Assembly: GCA_025558095.1 (NCBI GenBank)
Contig: JAIVFI010000009.1
Span: 124,001-188,000, forward strand
Length of the DNA stretch: 64,000 nt
From: Hyaloraphidium curvatum SAG 235-1
Lineage: Eukaryota; Fungi; Monoblepharomycota
Reading direction: 5' to 3'
Both the position numbers and the translations under genes were made by a program. This document shows, in pieces, positions 45,739 through 56,789 of the stretch. The notes below the pieces were generated by a model, which saw nothing but the letters and a program-made list of their open reading frames with translations, was not told the origin of the DNA and ran no database searches. The first letter of the stretch is position 1. Every line of letters starts with the position of its first letter.

Positions 45739-47106
45739 ATGTTCCCCGAATACCACGTGGTTTACAAGGCCCTTCATGGCGGCGCGGATGTGCCGCCCGT
45801 CATCGCGGCCGCGGCCGCGGGCAGCGTCGAGATGCTGCGCGCGCTGGTGCCGCCCCCCGGCGCGCCCCGCCGCGCGCACGCCATCCAGGTGCTCCGGGCC
45901 GGCAGGTTCACGGACCCGCAGCCGTGGGGCGTGGTGCAGGCGGACGACACGCACGTCTACTCGCCCGCGCAGATCGCCGCCGCGGGGAACCACACGGGAT
46001 TCCTGGCCGCATGGGCGGAGCTCGTCGGCCCTTTCAAGCTCTGGGGAGCGTTCGAAGCCGCGTTGCATTGGTTCGCCGACGAGTCTGTGGCCTGGTTGCT
46101 CGAGAATCTGGCGACGTTGGACGATGCGGCGGACGGGAACCGAAGTCTGCGTAGCATCGTGGCCGACCGGAACGCAGCCCAGGAGCTCCTCCTCAAACTA
46201 GCGGTTTGGGACTACAGATTTCACAGAAAAGAGGCGAGAACCGGGCCCTTGGCAGCGGCGAGAGACTATGCGCGCAGTCAGGAGGCGTGCCGGCGATGCT
46301 TTCGAATCCTCGGACACCATGTCTTCGCTAGATTCCAAGGGTACCCGAATCAGAGTGAGCAGTTCGTCGGGACGGAACATTTGCGAAGTCTTCTTCTCGG
46401 AACCGGGCTATGGGTCACCTACGAAAGCCTCAAGGAGCTTGGACATGGCCCCACAAATGATGATTGGCTGCGTTACTTGAGCTACCTGAAGACTACGATT
46501 CGTAAATCCCGACCATCGTCTAAATATTTCGTTCGCGTGCTCTGGGATTTCTTCCGGGACGATGCTGGGACGCGTTTGCAGATCTTGAATTGGATCCGCG
46601 ACTACGCACTGCTCAGCTGGAGGAATCCGGACGTCTTGAAGCAGCTTCTGGACTGCGGTGCCGTCAGTGTGGATGGCGCCCTCCTTTCGTCATCCCTGCA
46701 CCTCAGCCAGAAACTGAGCACATACGTTACCGGGTTTCCTGGACGCCGCGACCTTTTCCTCTACCTTCGCATGGTTCTCACCCGCCTGTCTGCCGCCGTG
46801 GGCTGCGCCGGCGCGGGAGCCAACGACCTTGCGGCCGCCATCGACGCCTCGCAGGACCCTAAGGGCCCGATCTCGGGGCGGCGCAGCTTCGTGCTGCTGC
46901 TGCTCTTTTTTGGCGCCCGGGGACCCTCCGCGGTGCTGGAGAAGATCGTGAAGGGCGGTGGAAAGAACGCGTACCGCGGGCTGACAGACGACCTGCTCGA
47001 GGTCTCGCGGTGGAAGCGGTGGATCGCAAACCGCTCGATCGGAGGGCTGCCCCCGGAGATTGCGCAGGAGAACATGTTCGAGACCTGGATTGAGATGCTA
47101 CGGTAG
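45739..47106 (+). CDS. Hypothetical helical-repeat (ankyrin-like) protein, lineage-specific family; intronless
   Basis: 455-aa ORF with ankyrin-like segments (AAAAAGSVEMLRAL; SPAQIAAAGNHTGFL); a paralogous fragment lies at 13.7-14.1 kb. Confidence 0.6.
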   Translation: MFPEYHVVYKALHGGADVPPVIAAAAAGSVEMLRALVPPPGAPRRAHAIQVLRAGRFTDPQPWGVVQADDTHVYSPAQIAAAGNHTGFLAAWAELVGPFKLWGAFEAALHWFADESVAWLLENLATLDDAADGNRSLRSIVADRNAAQELLLKLAVWDYRFHRKEARTGPLAAARDYARSQEACRRCFRILGHHVFARFQGYPNQSEQFVGTEHLRSLLLGTGLWVTYESLKELGHGPTNDDWLRYLSYLKTTIRKSRPSSKYFVRVLWDFFRDDAGTRLQILNWIRDYALLSWRNPDVLKQLLDCGAVSVDGALLSSSLHLSQKLSTYVTGFPGRRDLFLYLRMVLTRLSAAVGCAGAGANDLAAAIDASQDPKGPISGRRSFVLLLLFFGARGPSAVLEKIVKGGGKNAYRGLTDDLLEVSRWKRWIANRSIGGLPPEIAQENMFETWIEMLR

Positions 47107-47475
47107 CCGACTTGAAGGTTTGGCCAACGACGGGAGGGAAGAGGAGGGGGGCGGGTGGGCCCACGGGGACGGGGCGCGGTTGATGGGGGCGGGGCAGCGA
47201 GGCGGATCCGCGGCGCGGCTTCGTCCTGCTGCTCCTATATCTTTCGGCGCCCCCGGGCCCTTTACGGTAGTCAATACTCTCGCTGGGTGATGCTCCACGG
47301 TCTGCAATTGCAGTTCCTGCCCGCGACCTGTGACGGGGGAGCCGTAGCACTGCAATCTATTGTTGGTGGAATTCCGGCACCCTTGACCTCCCCCGCCCGG
47401 CGCTGGAGCCCTGCGCATCCTCCATGTCCCCTTGGTCCTTCCCGTTGCGTTGAGCATTCACAACCGGATCCAGCT

Positions 47476-50449
47476 TCACCAGTGCCCGTTGCCAGGCTTG
47501 CTACCGGTCGACGGTGACCGGCCGCGTCCTCCTTGGGGCTGCGGCCCGGTCCTGCCCGCGTCGGACCTCAACCTGCCACCGCCCGCACCCCCCGTACGAC
47601 CCGTGCCGGATCCGCTCCCGCCGCTCGGCGCATCCCCATCCGTTTCTCCCCCTCCGCCCTCCTCGGCACCGCCCGCCTCATCGGCGCCCTTATTCCCACC
47701 GCCCTCCTCATCACCGCCCGCCTCATCCGCGCCCTCATTCCCGCCCTCCTCAGTCCCGCCCGCCTCATCCGCGCCCTCATTCCCGCCCTCCTCAATTGCA
47801 TCCGGCACATCGAGAGGCGCATCGTTGCCGGGCCTGCCGCCGGGGGACGCCGACCTCCCGTTCCCGCCACCCAGGGGCCTCCGCCCGATCCTCCCATCCG
47901 CCCGCGATCGCCCTCCTTGGCCTCGCTGCGGGCGCTGCGGGCGCTCTTGCGGTGCATCCGTGCTGGGCCTCCGAGGCAGCTGCGTATCGGCGTTCTCGGT
48001 TTCGCCGACGTCCTCGCCTCCTCCCTCGCCGCCGGCGTCGCCGCCTCCTCCCTCCGTTCCGCCTCCGCCGTCCTGCGTCGGCAGTCCCGCCGTGCTCAGC
48101 CGCCTCTGGGCCTCCTTGACAGTGATACCGGAGGTGATCCGCCGGATCAGCGGAGCCGGGACGGCGATCCCGACCGGCGTTTGGCCGCCCCAGGATTCCG
48201 ACGGATTCCTCCCGAGCCCGCTGTTGCCCTGTTTGCCCTCTTTGAGACGAGCCCTGTTCTCTTCGAAGCTTTTGTCGCGGGTGGGCATCTGCCGCTCATC
48301 CCGGTACTGCTGGACCTGCTCCTGGGCCTGATCCTGCTCCTGGTCCTGCTCCGGTGTTGGCACATTCCACTTGGGCTTCCCATTCCCGCCCTTGTCCTGC
48401 ACGGCCTGCTTCTTCCTTGCCCAGGGGTCCATCCCCGTCAACTGCCGCCACATCCTCGCCGCCGACGCATCCAGCACGACCAACAAGCCCCCCTTTGGCG
48501 CTTCCTCCACTACGTCCGTCTCGGGTTCCAGCTCGTTCTCCATCACCGTTCCGAAGTCGGAGCGCCACGGTCCCAGCCTTTTGTTAGTCATGGTCAACGT
48601 TCCCTCGGCCCACGGATCGTCATCTTCCAACCGCCTGTTGAACCACCCGTACGGCGAAAAAAGGCCCGGCTCGGTTTCGTTGCCGGAAAAGCGCTTCGAC
48701 GCGTACGAAAAGCCACACACGTCATCGGCGCGGCTAAGCTTTGGGGGGCAGCACAAGGCTTCGGTGCGGGCTTCGTACCTCGCCAGGGCGAAAAGGTGCT
48801 GGTTCCTGCGGAAAGGATCTCAAGGATGAGCGCGAGCGGAAAGGAGCGGCAACATCCCCGACCCACCAGCAAGAAACGATGTTGCGCAAGCCTTTGATGT
48901 TGAACGAGGCCATGTTCATGCAGTTTTCCCTGTTTTTTGGGTCCGCGTACAAGCACACCGGCCCCGGCTGGACGCCGATCTTCGGCACCCAGTCGAACAT
49001 GGCGATGTGGTTGACGAACGCGACTTCGCCCCGCGCTCGCCGCTTCCAGAGGCGAGCGGGCACGACGTCGCGGCCGACAAAGTCGTCCCCACGGTCGATG
49101 TAGCTGCGCATTGCCCCCGGGGCGGCCACGGTGCGACACACGACCCGGCCGCGGTGCCCCGAGACGTTGAGGTGCAGGGCCAGCAGCTGCGCGAGGAAGC
49201 CGCCGAGCGAGACGCCGCACACGTAGACGGGGATGTTGGGGAAGTCCGCCAGCAGCGGCTTGAAGAACTTGAAGTACCAATCCCGGAAGAAGTCAATGTA
49301 CTGCCAGCCACCGTTCGCCGTGCGTTTCGACACGGCGAGCTTCAGCAGGTCGTGCAGCAGCGTGCTCTTGAGCGAGAACCTGCCCTGGCGGAAGGTCGTG
49401 GCCCGCTCCACGAACGCGCCCTCCATCAGGTTCAGGTCCAGCTGCGCGTCGTTCCAGTTCTCGGTCCCCCGGAAGTGGACCGCGATGGCGGAAGGCTCCT
49501 CCTCGGCCGCGTTTTCGTAGATCCGTGCAGTGGCGATGGTGTCCCAGTTCGTGGTGAACATCTTTCCGCTCCATTTCTGGAACGCCCCCGTCCACTGGAT
49601 CTCGGCTTTGTACTTCCTGTCTTTCGGCCACACGCGGATGCGCGGCCCGTCCCGGACCTGGTATTTCCCTTCCGCGGGGGTCACGCGCTTGGCGTTGCCG
49701 TACTTGGGCCACAGGCACACGCCGAGGAGTTCCAAGCCGCTGATGCCCCTCAGAGGCCCCTCTTCCCCGGCCAGCTCGTGGTCCAGGCCCGGCTTCGCTC
49801 CCCGCTTCCTCTCTACCCTCTCCACGGCCAGAGCGTTCTTGCGGGCAGCCGATCGTTGCCCGAGCAGCTCCCTGAGCGTCCGCATCTGGTTCGAGACCTG
49901 CTCCGACGACGTGCAGATGACAAAGAGGTGGGACGGGCCGGGGTCATCGCTGAGCTCGGTGCGCAGCTCGAACGAGAAGCAGGCCACGCGCTGCTTGTGC
50001 TTTAAGAAGTTTTCGTCCGCGAGTTTCTCGGCCCATTCGAGCTGGGGGTTGTGGATCATGAGCCACACCGAGGAGAGCGAGAAGGCGATGGCCTCCGTGG
50101 GCTGGTCGCTGCCGGGATCCCTAACGGGGCGATACAGGACAAGGGGCCTGCCGTTCTTGCCGAGACCCAGGAGGTGCAGCTCGCCCGTGCGCGCGGCCAG
50201 TGCGACGGTGTCGTCGGGGCCCGGCCGCCGCGACTTGCCGCCCTTCCTCGCCGCCTTTGCGGGGACGCGCGATTCGTCGATGACGCGCCGCTCGGCGCCC
50301 GCCGTGACGATGGCGACCTCCGGCCCGAATGCCTTGCCCGCGGTCTCGGAAACCCCCATGTAGGCCGATGGCGACCACGCGACCCACGTGACCGCCGACA
50401 CCGCCGGCGCCAGCAGCAGCGCTACGAGGACGGGCAGGGCCGCGCGCAT
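47476..50449 (-). CDS. Secreted class-3 lipase-like alpha/beta hydrolase with a long Gly/Glu-rich disordered tail (intron ~48806-48866)
   Basis: Signal peptide MRAALPVLVALLLAPAVSA; AVHFRGTENWND; nucleophile GVSLGG; FDWVPKI; SCW|NQH; joins ORF 47476..48756. Confidence 0.75.
47645..47795. repeat. ~39-bp coding tandem repeat (~3.5 copies; EEGGNEGADEAGG on the minus strand)
   Basis: ccgcccgcctcatccgcgccctcattcccgccctcctca units seen directly. Confidence 0.85.
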
Positions 50450-50904
50450 CGCGGGCAAGTGTGAGGTTGGATGCCTGAGGAGGTCGGTGGGTTCGTGGGT
50501 CCAGTCGGACGGTGAGGTGTCGGCAAAGCGGGGCGGACTTCACGCGCACCTGTTCCCGCGTTTACTTCCCCAATTGAGAGGCATCCATGTGTCTCTAGCG
50601 TCCGCCGACGTGTCCCGGGGGGCCCGAGATGTGATTTTTGAGGATCTGTGGCCGCACGAGACACGGTAGGCAAAGGAAGTTGGTCGCAGACCGGAGGATT
50701 CGCAATGACATGCTAGAGGCAACAAAGAGGGCTAGCTTTCACAAAGAAACATCGCATGAAGAATGCGCTGCATGTTTAGCGCTGAGACAAGAAGCACCTC
50801 CGGAAAATCCGGTGAACCGCCGGGAATCGCTCAAGGCTACTGATCTCCGACACGAACCTCCTCGCCGCCGCGCCCGCGATTCAACACAGCGCCACCTGCC
50901 TCCC

Positions 50905-52475
50905 TCACGCCTCCCACACGAACCTCCTGGCCCCGGCGCCCGCGATCGAAGACAGCGCCACCAAGCTTCCCGTGCCCCCACCGCACTTGCCGCCCTTGGG
51001 ATCGACACCCTGCGCCGCCAGATCGGACGCGTTCCCGAAGAACACCACCTTGGACGAATCGACCCCCTGGAAGATCGACTGCAGCTTTTGATTGCTCGGT
51101 TTCCCGTGAATGGTGTCGAACGAGTCGTCGGTCTGCGTGGTGTTGCGCACATAGATGCACGATATCGAAGGGGCGTATTGTCTGGCGATGTCGGCGTACC
51201 CGGAAAGCGCGGTCGGCGAGGAGGTGTCGCCCACGAGGATGAATTTGCGGAGGGAGGCAAAGGTCTCGAAGATGCGGGCGAGGCCTGCCGTTTCGGACGG
51301 AGCGGCGTGAGTTACTTGATGCGTCGGTCGAACCGGTCACGCACCTTGCGATCGGGCCTCCAGCACCTCGCCCGGGTTGAGCACGTACAGCGGTCGCATG
51401 TCAAGGGAGCCCGGTGGGTAGTACGTGGCCAGGAAATCCTCGTAGGCGCCCACCAGCGGGAACGGCGTGGTAGTGAGGTAGTGGAAGATGACGGGTCCGC
51501 TGGCTCCGTCCAGGGTCGAGTTCCATGAAGCAAACACGTCCGGCATCCCCGGCAGCACCTCGTACGGGTTCTGCGTGAACGTGGCCTTGAGCCCCTCGAG
51601 CGGATGCCAGATCCGGGTCACGCGCAGCAGGTCGTCGATGTCCGCGACCACGGAAACGGGGACCGAGGCGTTGTCGGAAGGCAGCTGCGCCGGCGCGACG
51701 TGCACGTAGGCGCGGACTTCGGTCCTGTTTGCGCTCGATCCCGCCGCCTCGGCGTCCGCACCCCCCGATCCCGCGGTGCTGTTGGCGAACTCGAGCCGCA
51801 GCGCGACGACATGTCCGCCCGATCCCTGGGCCTGCGGGAGCTGCAGTTCCCCGGCGATGGGCACCATGGTGTCAAAGAAGCCGTTGATGTCCGTGGGCCC
51901 GGCGGTCAGGTTGGTCTGGACAGGCGGCGAGGCGGGACCGGAAGTGTTGGCGACCGAGTCGAGGAGCGTGGCCTGCACCGTGACATTCTCCCCGACCTTG
52001 CCGACCACTAGAAAGCCATGGGTGCGGTTCTTAAGGGCATCTTTCTAGAAGCCGCAAGAATCGAGATCGAATCGACTGAGCCGAAAGGCCGATTAGGCTT
52101 ACCTCGGTGTCGTTCAGGCCACCCGAGAGCAGCGAGCCAATCGCAGAGACGAAGCCGCTGAGCGCCTCCTCCCCGCCCGAAACGGGGGTCGAGAACAGCT
52201 GTCCCTGGAGCCGAAGGTGCGTCTGGTTGCCGTAGGACGGGAGCCTGTGGTAGTCATGCTCGTGAGCGGGCCCGGTCGTGAGCGCACGGCGAAGCGTCGG
52301 CTTACAGGAGCGCAGTGACGGAGCCCTGGGAGTTTTCGGGGCTTCCCTGCCGGGCAAGCAGCTGCGAGACTGCCGCGGCCTCCGCGGGGCCGATGGCAAT
52401 TCCTGAAGCCTCCTTGAGGGGAAAGAAGAGAGCGAAGATGACCAGGACGGTGACGAAGGCCGGCGAGTGCATCAT
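50905..52475 (-). CDS. App1-like phosphatidate phosphatase domain protein (DUF2183) with signal peptide, multi-exon
   Basis: VSVVADIDDLLRVT, PGMPDVF, FHYLTTTP, PPGSLDMRP, RKFILVGDTS..GYADIARQY..CIYVR; hydrophobic N-terminus. Confidence 0.8.
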
Positions 52476-52726
52476 TGGTCGGGGACGCGAGGTGGGAGTT
52501 TTCGAGCAATGCTGGATTCGGGTCCTCGAGTTCTGGAGGTCGCCACGTCATCACCGTGAACCGTCAACTTTCACGAGGCCATACAAAATGTATCAAATCA
52601 CGATCGCCCGTCGACTTCGACTGCTTCTTCCAGCCACGAGGCAAGCGACAAATGGGCGAGTTCGGCGCCTGTATTCGCTAACGGTAATGCTTCCTTTATC
52701 GAATCACGAACTACATGCACAAAGGC

Positions 52727-54244
52727 TCATTCCACGACGGGGCACACGGTCTGTATCGTGATGCCAACGCTCAGCGACCGGAAAACGGACCACAGCGCCA
52801 CGGCCAGCGACACCACCGTCGTCGCCAGCGCGCGGATTACGTCGCCCGTGATCGGAAACCCAAGGAACCTCGCCCGTGCCCCGTCCAGCTGCGCGAACCG
52901 CTTGAGCAGCGACCGGTGGGATCGAATCGAGGCCTGCACGGCGGACGGCGCGAGCGCGGCCTCGTCGGCGAGCGCGGTGAGGTCCAACACGGCCCCGCGG
53001 TACGCCGCCGCCGCCGCGTCGCACTGCCTGTTGACCGACGCCGTGTTGAGCATGGTGGCGCCGGTGAGGCACAGGTTGACGCCGATGCTGAACAGGTACG
53101 AGGCCGGCACGCATGAGGCGCCGGCGGCGTTGAGGAGGATGGCGGCGCAGTCCGAGAGGAAGAGGGAGCGCGTCAGACGGCCGGTGGCGCGGGAGAATAT
53201 GAAGTCATCGCTCCACTCGCTGAGCAGACTCGCGTGCAGTGCGATGTATTGCGACGAAGTGATGGAGGGCAGCTCCACGGGATCCGCGTCACGCAGTGCG
53301 TGCCGCAGCCTTTCGTTCAGATCATCCAGAGCCATGCTTAGAGCTCGCATGCGCAGACGGAGCTCCAGGTCCAGCAGAGGTCCACTGAAGGTCAGTACCG
53401 GCAAGAAGGTGGCTGCAAATACATAAACTGTCATTGCCGTCAAGGCGAGGCCCAACAGAATGGCCGACCAGGGCGTCCTCCAAACGAACGGCCCCAATGT
53501 AACAAGGGAGGTCCAGTTCTTGAACAAGACAAAGGCGAGCAGGCCGAAGATGGAGAAAAAGGCGCTGAAGAGCGTCACCAAGATCGCTCCCCAGCGAAGG
53601 ACGCTCTGCGTGCATTCGACACAAGGACACAGGTCCACGTTTGTGGGATCGTGCTCCAGCATGGTGGATTGCGATGCATCCTCGGCGCGCAAACTCTGCA
53701 CGAGCTGCTGGTACCGCACAGCACCGGCGAGTACCCCGGCTTCGTTTGGAGCCTCCGAAGGGTTCTGAACCTCGGTAGCCCCGTTCTCAAGGTCATTGGG
53801 CTTCAGCGAGCGGTCCGCAAGGGCCCCATAGAAGTCGAGATTCCCGTAGAAGGTCCAGGTCCACCAGGCCGCTTGGAGCACAAAGGCCACTGTCGCGACA
53901 GCGAGGCCTCGGGTCGCGAACATTCCGTTGTTGAAGGGGTACACGAGAAGGAAGATGAATATCTCGGGGACATTCAGGAGCAGCAGCCGCGACCAAAGAA
54001 GCGAGAGGAAAGGACGCAGGCGGATGGCGATGCCCACGGTGCCAGCCAGCGTGGGAAGCTTCTTGAGCATATCGAGCGTCGATTTCGCGTCCAGCTGCCT
54101 CTCGGCGCGGAGTTCCGCGGCGTCGGGCGGGTCGGCAAAGCCCGCTGCGAACGCGGGCGGGAGACCTTTCGGAGCTTTCGCCGGCGGGGGCGCGGGGAAG
54201 CAGGCGAGGAACGCGGCGGGACCCGGCAGCGGCAACGGCGACAT
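52727..54244 (-). CDS. Multi-pass membrane protein, candidate gustatory-receptor-like (7TM ion channel superfamily); intronless
   Basis: About 6-8 hydrophobic segments, a long helical loop, and C-terminal ARFLGFPITGDVIRALATTVVSLAVALWS. The CDS call is solid; the family call is inference. Confidence 0.6.
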   Translation of the reverse strand: MSPLPLPGPAAFLACFPAPPPAKAPKGLPPAFAAGFADPPDAAELRAERQLDAKSTLDMLKKLPTLAGTVGIAIRLRPFLSLLWSRLLLLNVPEIFIFLLVYPFNNGMFATRGLAVATVAFVLQAAWWTWTFYGNLDFYGALADRSLKPNDLENGATEVQNPSEAPNEAGVLAGAVRYQQLVQSLRAEDASQSTMLEHDPTNVDLCPCVECTQSVLRWGAILVTLFSAFFSIFGLLAFVLFKNWTSLVTLGPFVWRTPWSAILLGLALTAMTVYVFAATFLPVLTFSGPLLDLELRLRMRALSMALDDLNERLRHALRDADPVELPSITSSQYIALHASLLSEWSDDFIFSRATGRLTRSLFLSDCAAILLNAAGASCVPASYLFSIGVNLCLTGATMLNTASVNRQCDAAAAAYRGAVLDLTALADEAALAPSAVQASIRSHRSLLKRFAQLDGARARFLGFPITGDVIRALATTVVSLAVALWSVFRSLSVGITIQTVCPVVE

Positions 54245-54417
54245 GGCGGCCGCGTTTGAGGGTGTCGATGAGATTGGAAAAGAGCTCCTCGTTTGCCTTC
54301 GTGAGGGAGACGAGGAGAGGAGCGGTGGGTGAAGGGATTGCGCGGGTCAACTGCACAGCCCCTCCGCAGGGTGCTTTCGGCGTGCCCTCTGGGTAGCCTC
54401 GCGTCGCTCTGGTCGCG

Positions 54418-54858
54418 ATGTCGGAGGCAACGGCGTACCCGGTACAGCCGGCCATGACGCCCGGCCCGCGCCCCGAATCCCCGCTGCGGAACCCCGTCGC
54501 CCGCGCCTTCAGCAACTGCTGCGAGCTCCTCACCACGTGCTTCGCCGGCGCCACGATGCTGTGCTGCGCGCCGTGCGCGATGTGCTGCATGCGAATCTGC
54601 GGCGACAGGGAGGAGCCGTGCGGGGAGTGGTGCGTGAACTGGTTGGGGATGACCGGGCTGCTGTGCTGCGGGCCGTGTGTTTACGTGTGGGGTTGGGCGA
54701 GGGACTCGTGCGACCGATGCCGGCAGGAGGAGGAAGAGGAGGAGGAAGTGCAGGGCGCGAAGGAGGCTGGGAACGGCGCGGGCGGGGCGAAAGCGGACGC
54801 GGAGTTGCCCAGACCTGAACCCCGATACGGACCCGAAGGAAGCCCGGAGACGCGGTGA
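54418..54858 (+). CDS. Small Cys-rich membrane-associated protein (CYSTM-like)
   Basis: NCCELLTTC..LCCAPCAMCCMRIC..LLCCGPCVYVW..CDRC, with a Pro-rich N-terminus and acidic tail. Confidence 0.6.
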   Translation: MSEATAYPVQPAMTPGPRPESPLRNPVARAFSNCCELLTTCFAGATMLCCAPCAMCCMRICGDREEPCGEWCVNWLGMTGLLCCGPCVYVWGWARDSCDRCRQEEEEEEEVQGAKEAGNGAGGAKADAELPRPEPRYGPEGSPETR

Positions 54859-55220
54859 CGATTGACGGCAGGAACAAAGCAGAAGGTAACGAGAACATCA
54901 CTCTCCATCAAATGAAAATACCAATAAACGCTCCGGAAAGCAGGCTGGACTGTCACCCGACCGAACTCGGGCATTGACTGCCGCTCCGTAATGGGGCAGC
55001 CGGCCGAGGCGAATGAAGAGCCCCCTTCTTCGTGCGCCATGTTTAGCGGAGCCTCTTTCTAGGGCGTTGCTCACCCCTGCGGTTTGTGGATTCGCAATCT
55101 TCGCGTGACAACTGGCAACTCAATCGACATAGACACAATCCATACACCTCTGCCATTCCATGCCCCTGCCTCCCTGCCTCCCTTCCTTCCTTCCCTTCCC
55201 TGCCCCCTTCCAAGCCCGCG

Positions 55221-56789
55221 CTACACTTCCCCCCACGCCACCCCGCTCTGCTCGCTCGGCGACCCCTTCCCCCCTCCCTCCCAGACCACCCCCTGCCCCG
55301 GCGTCCCCGGCATCGCTTCGGGATCCGGCGCCGGGCTCCACGCGTCCGGCGGTGCCGCCACCTGCTGCGCGGCCCACGGATCCGCCGCGGGCGGATCCGC
55401 AAACGGCGATTCCGGCGCGCGGGTGACCACTTCCTTCCCCTTCCACGGCCTCCCCCCCTCCTCCACGGGCGACCCGAGGGACAGCGGGGACCCGAGCTCG
55501 CCCGTGCCCACCGACGTCCGCGGGCCGATCGACGGGGACACGCCGGAGCGGACCATACGCCGGGGGAGGGGCGTCTTGCGACCCTCGGGCGGAGGGGGCG
55601 AGAGCGGGTCCGCGGAGAAGGTGGAAGGGGTGGGAGAGGCGAGTGAGGCTGGTGCGGGGGAGGAGAGGAAGGCCGGTGTTGGGGTGGGGAGGGGTTCCGT
55701 GCTGGCGAGGAAAGCTGGTGCCGAGGAGGGGAGGGGTTCGGTGGGTGTCGGGGGTGCGTCGGCCGGGGGATTCAGCGGGATGGAGTACCGCACCGGCGCC
55801 GGTTGCGGGGGCAGGGAGGCCGGCGAGGCAGGGTAGGGAGCCTGCGCGGGGGAATACGGAGCCTGCGCCTGGGAATAAGCGTACCCGGACGACATGCGTG
55901 CCTGCATGTCGTTCCAGTCCCCCCCGCCCGGTTGCTGCGGTTGCGGCGGCACCAGGAACGGATTCGAGGCCTGCGCGGGGGCCATTGCGGGCACAGCGGC
56001 CGAATTGAGCGGGTCGTCGAGGATCCCCACGCCCTGCAGGCTGGGCCTGCGGCCCGTGCCGACGGTGGTCCACGGGCCGACTTGGGTCTTTTGCCTGCCC
56101 CTCCGCGGCGGCTGGGCCTGCGAGGTCCAGTGGTCCGGCGGCGGGGCGGGCTCTGCGATGCCGTCCTGTCGCGGCACGACGGCGTGCGGGTCCGAGGTGT
56201 CGGGGAGCGGGGCGTAGGTGTTCAGGGGCGGCTGGGCGTCGCCGTCGCGGCGCTTGGGCGCCGTGAGGAGCGAATAGATTTCGGCGAGCCAGCCGAGGGC
56301 GAGCGTGGCAAACAGCATCCACATGATTGCCATCTCGGTGGATATCAGCTGCTGCAGGTAGCGCACGATTGCGGTCTGGCAGGCGTCGACCGACGGGCAG
56401 TTGTTTCTGAACAGGAAGTCCGCCTGCTGCTCGCGCGACAGCGAGGCCCACCAGCGGGCGGCCGAGGCCGGCGCGCCGTAGAAGGCGGCGGTGACGAGCG
56501 ACGCCGACAGGCCGGCCAGCGCGGCGGCGGCGAGCAGCGCGACGCGGTTCAGCCGGCGGAAGACCGGGTCGCCGACCCACGCCGCGAGCATCGTGAAGAG
56601 CACGACGCCCAGCGAGGCGACGCCGACGAACGTGCCGATCGCGAAGCCCGCGATGCCCATCGGCCCGACCGCCGAGATGCGCGCCAGGCAGTACGACGAC
56701 ACGCCCATCGCAAACGACCCCAGCGGCAGCTGCAGGCACATCAGCGACGTCTGCAGCCCCTGCAGCCCCGGCCCGACAAACGAGTTCAT
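55221..56789 (-). CDS. Four-TM (tetraspanin-like topology) protein with a Pro-rich cytoplasmic tail; intronless
   Basis: Three clustered TMs, a loop containing NNCPSVDAC, a fourth TM, then NPF and PPxP-rich tail. Confidence 0.6.
   Translation of the reverse strand: MNSFVGPGLQGLQTSLMCLQLPLGSFAMGVSSYCLARISAVGPMGIAGFAIGTFVGVASLGVVLFTMLAAWVGDPVFRRLNRVALLAAAALAGLSASLVTAAFYGAPASAARWWASLSREQQADFLFRNNCPSVDACQTAIVRYLQQLISTEMAIMWMLFATLALGWLAEIYSLLTAPKRRDGDAQPPLNTYAPLPDTSDPHAVVPRQDGIAEPAPPPDHWTSQAQPPRRGRQKTQVGPWTTVGTGRRPSLQGVGILDDPLNSAAVPAMAPAQASNPFLVPPQPQQPGGGDWNDMQARMSSGYAYSQAQAPYSPAQAPYPASPASLPPQPAPVRYSIPLNPPADAPPTPTEPLPSSAPAFLASTEPLPTPTPAFLSSPAPASLASPTPSTFSADPLSPPPPEGRKTPLPRRMVRSGVSPSIGPRTSVGTGELGSPLSLGSPVEEGGRPWKGKEVVTRAPESPFADPPAADPWAAQQVAAPPDAWSPAPDPEAMPGTPGQGVVWEGGGKGSPSEQSGVAWGEV

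Noticed and set aside
47645-47795. 39-bp repeats as a CRISPR-like array
   Set aside because: There are no unique spacers; these are in-frame coding repeats in a eukaryotic gene with no cas genes nearby.
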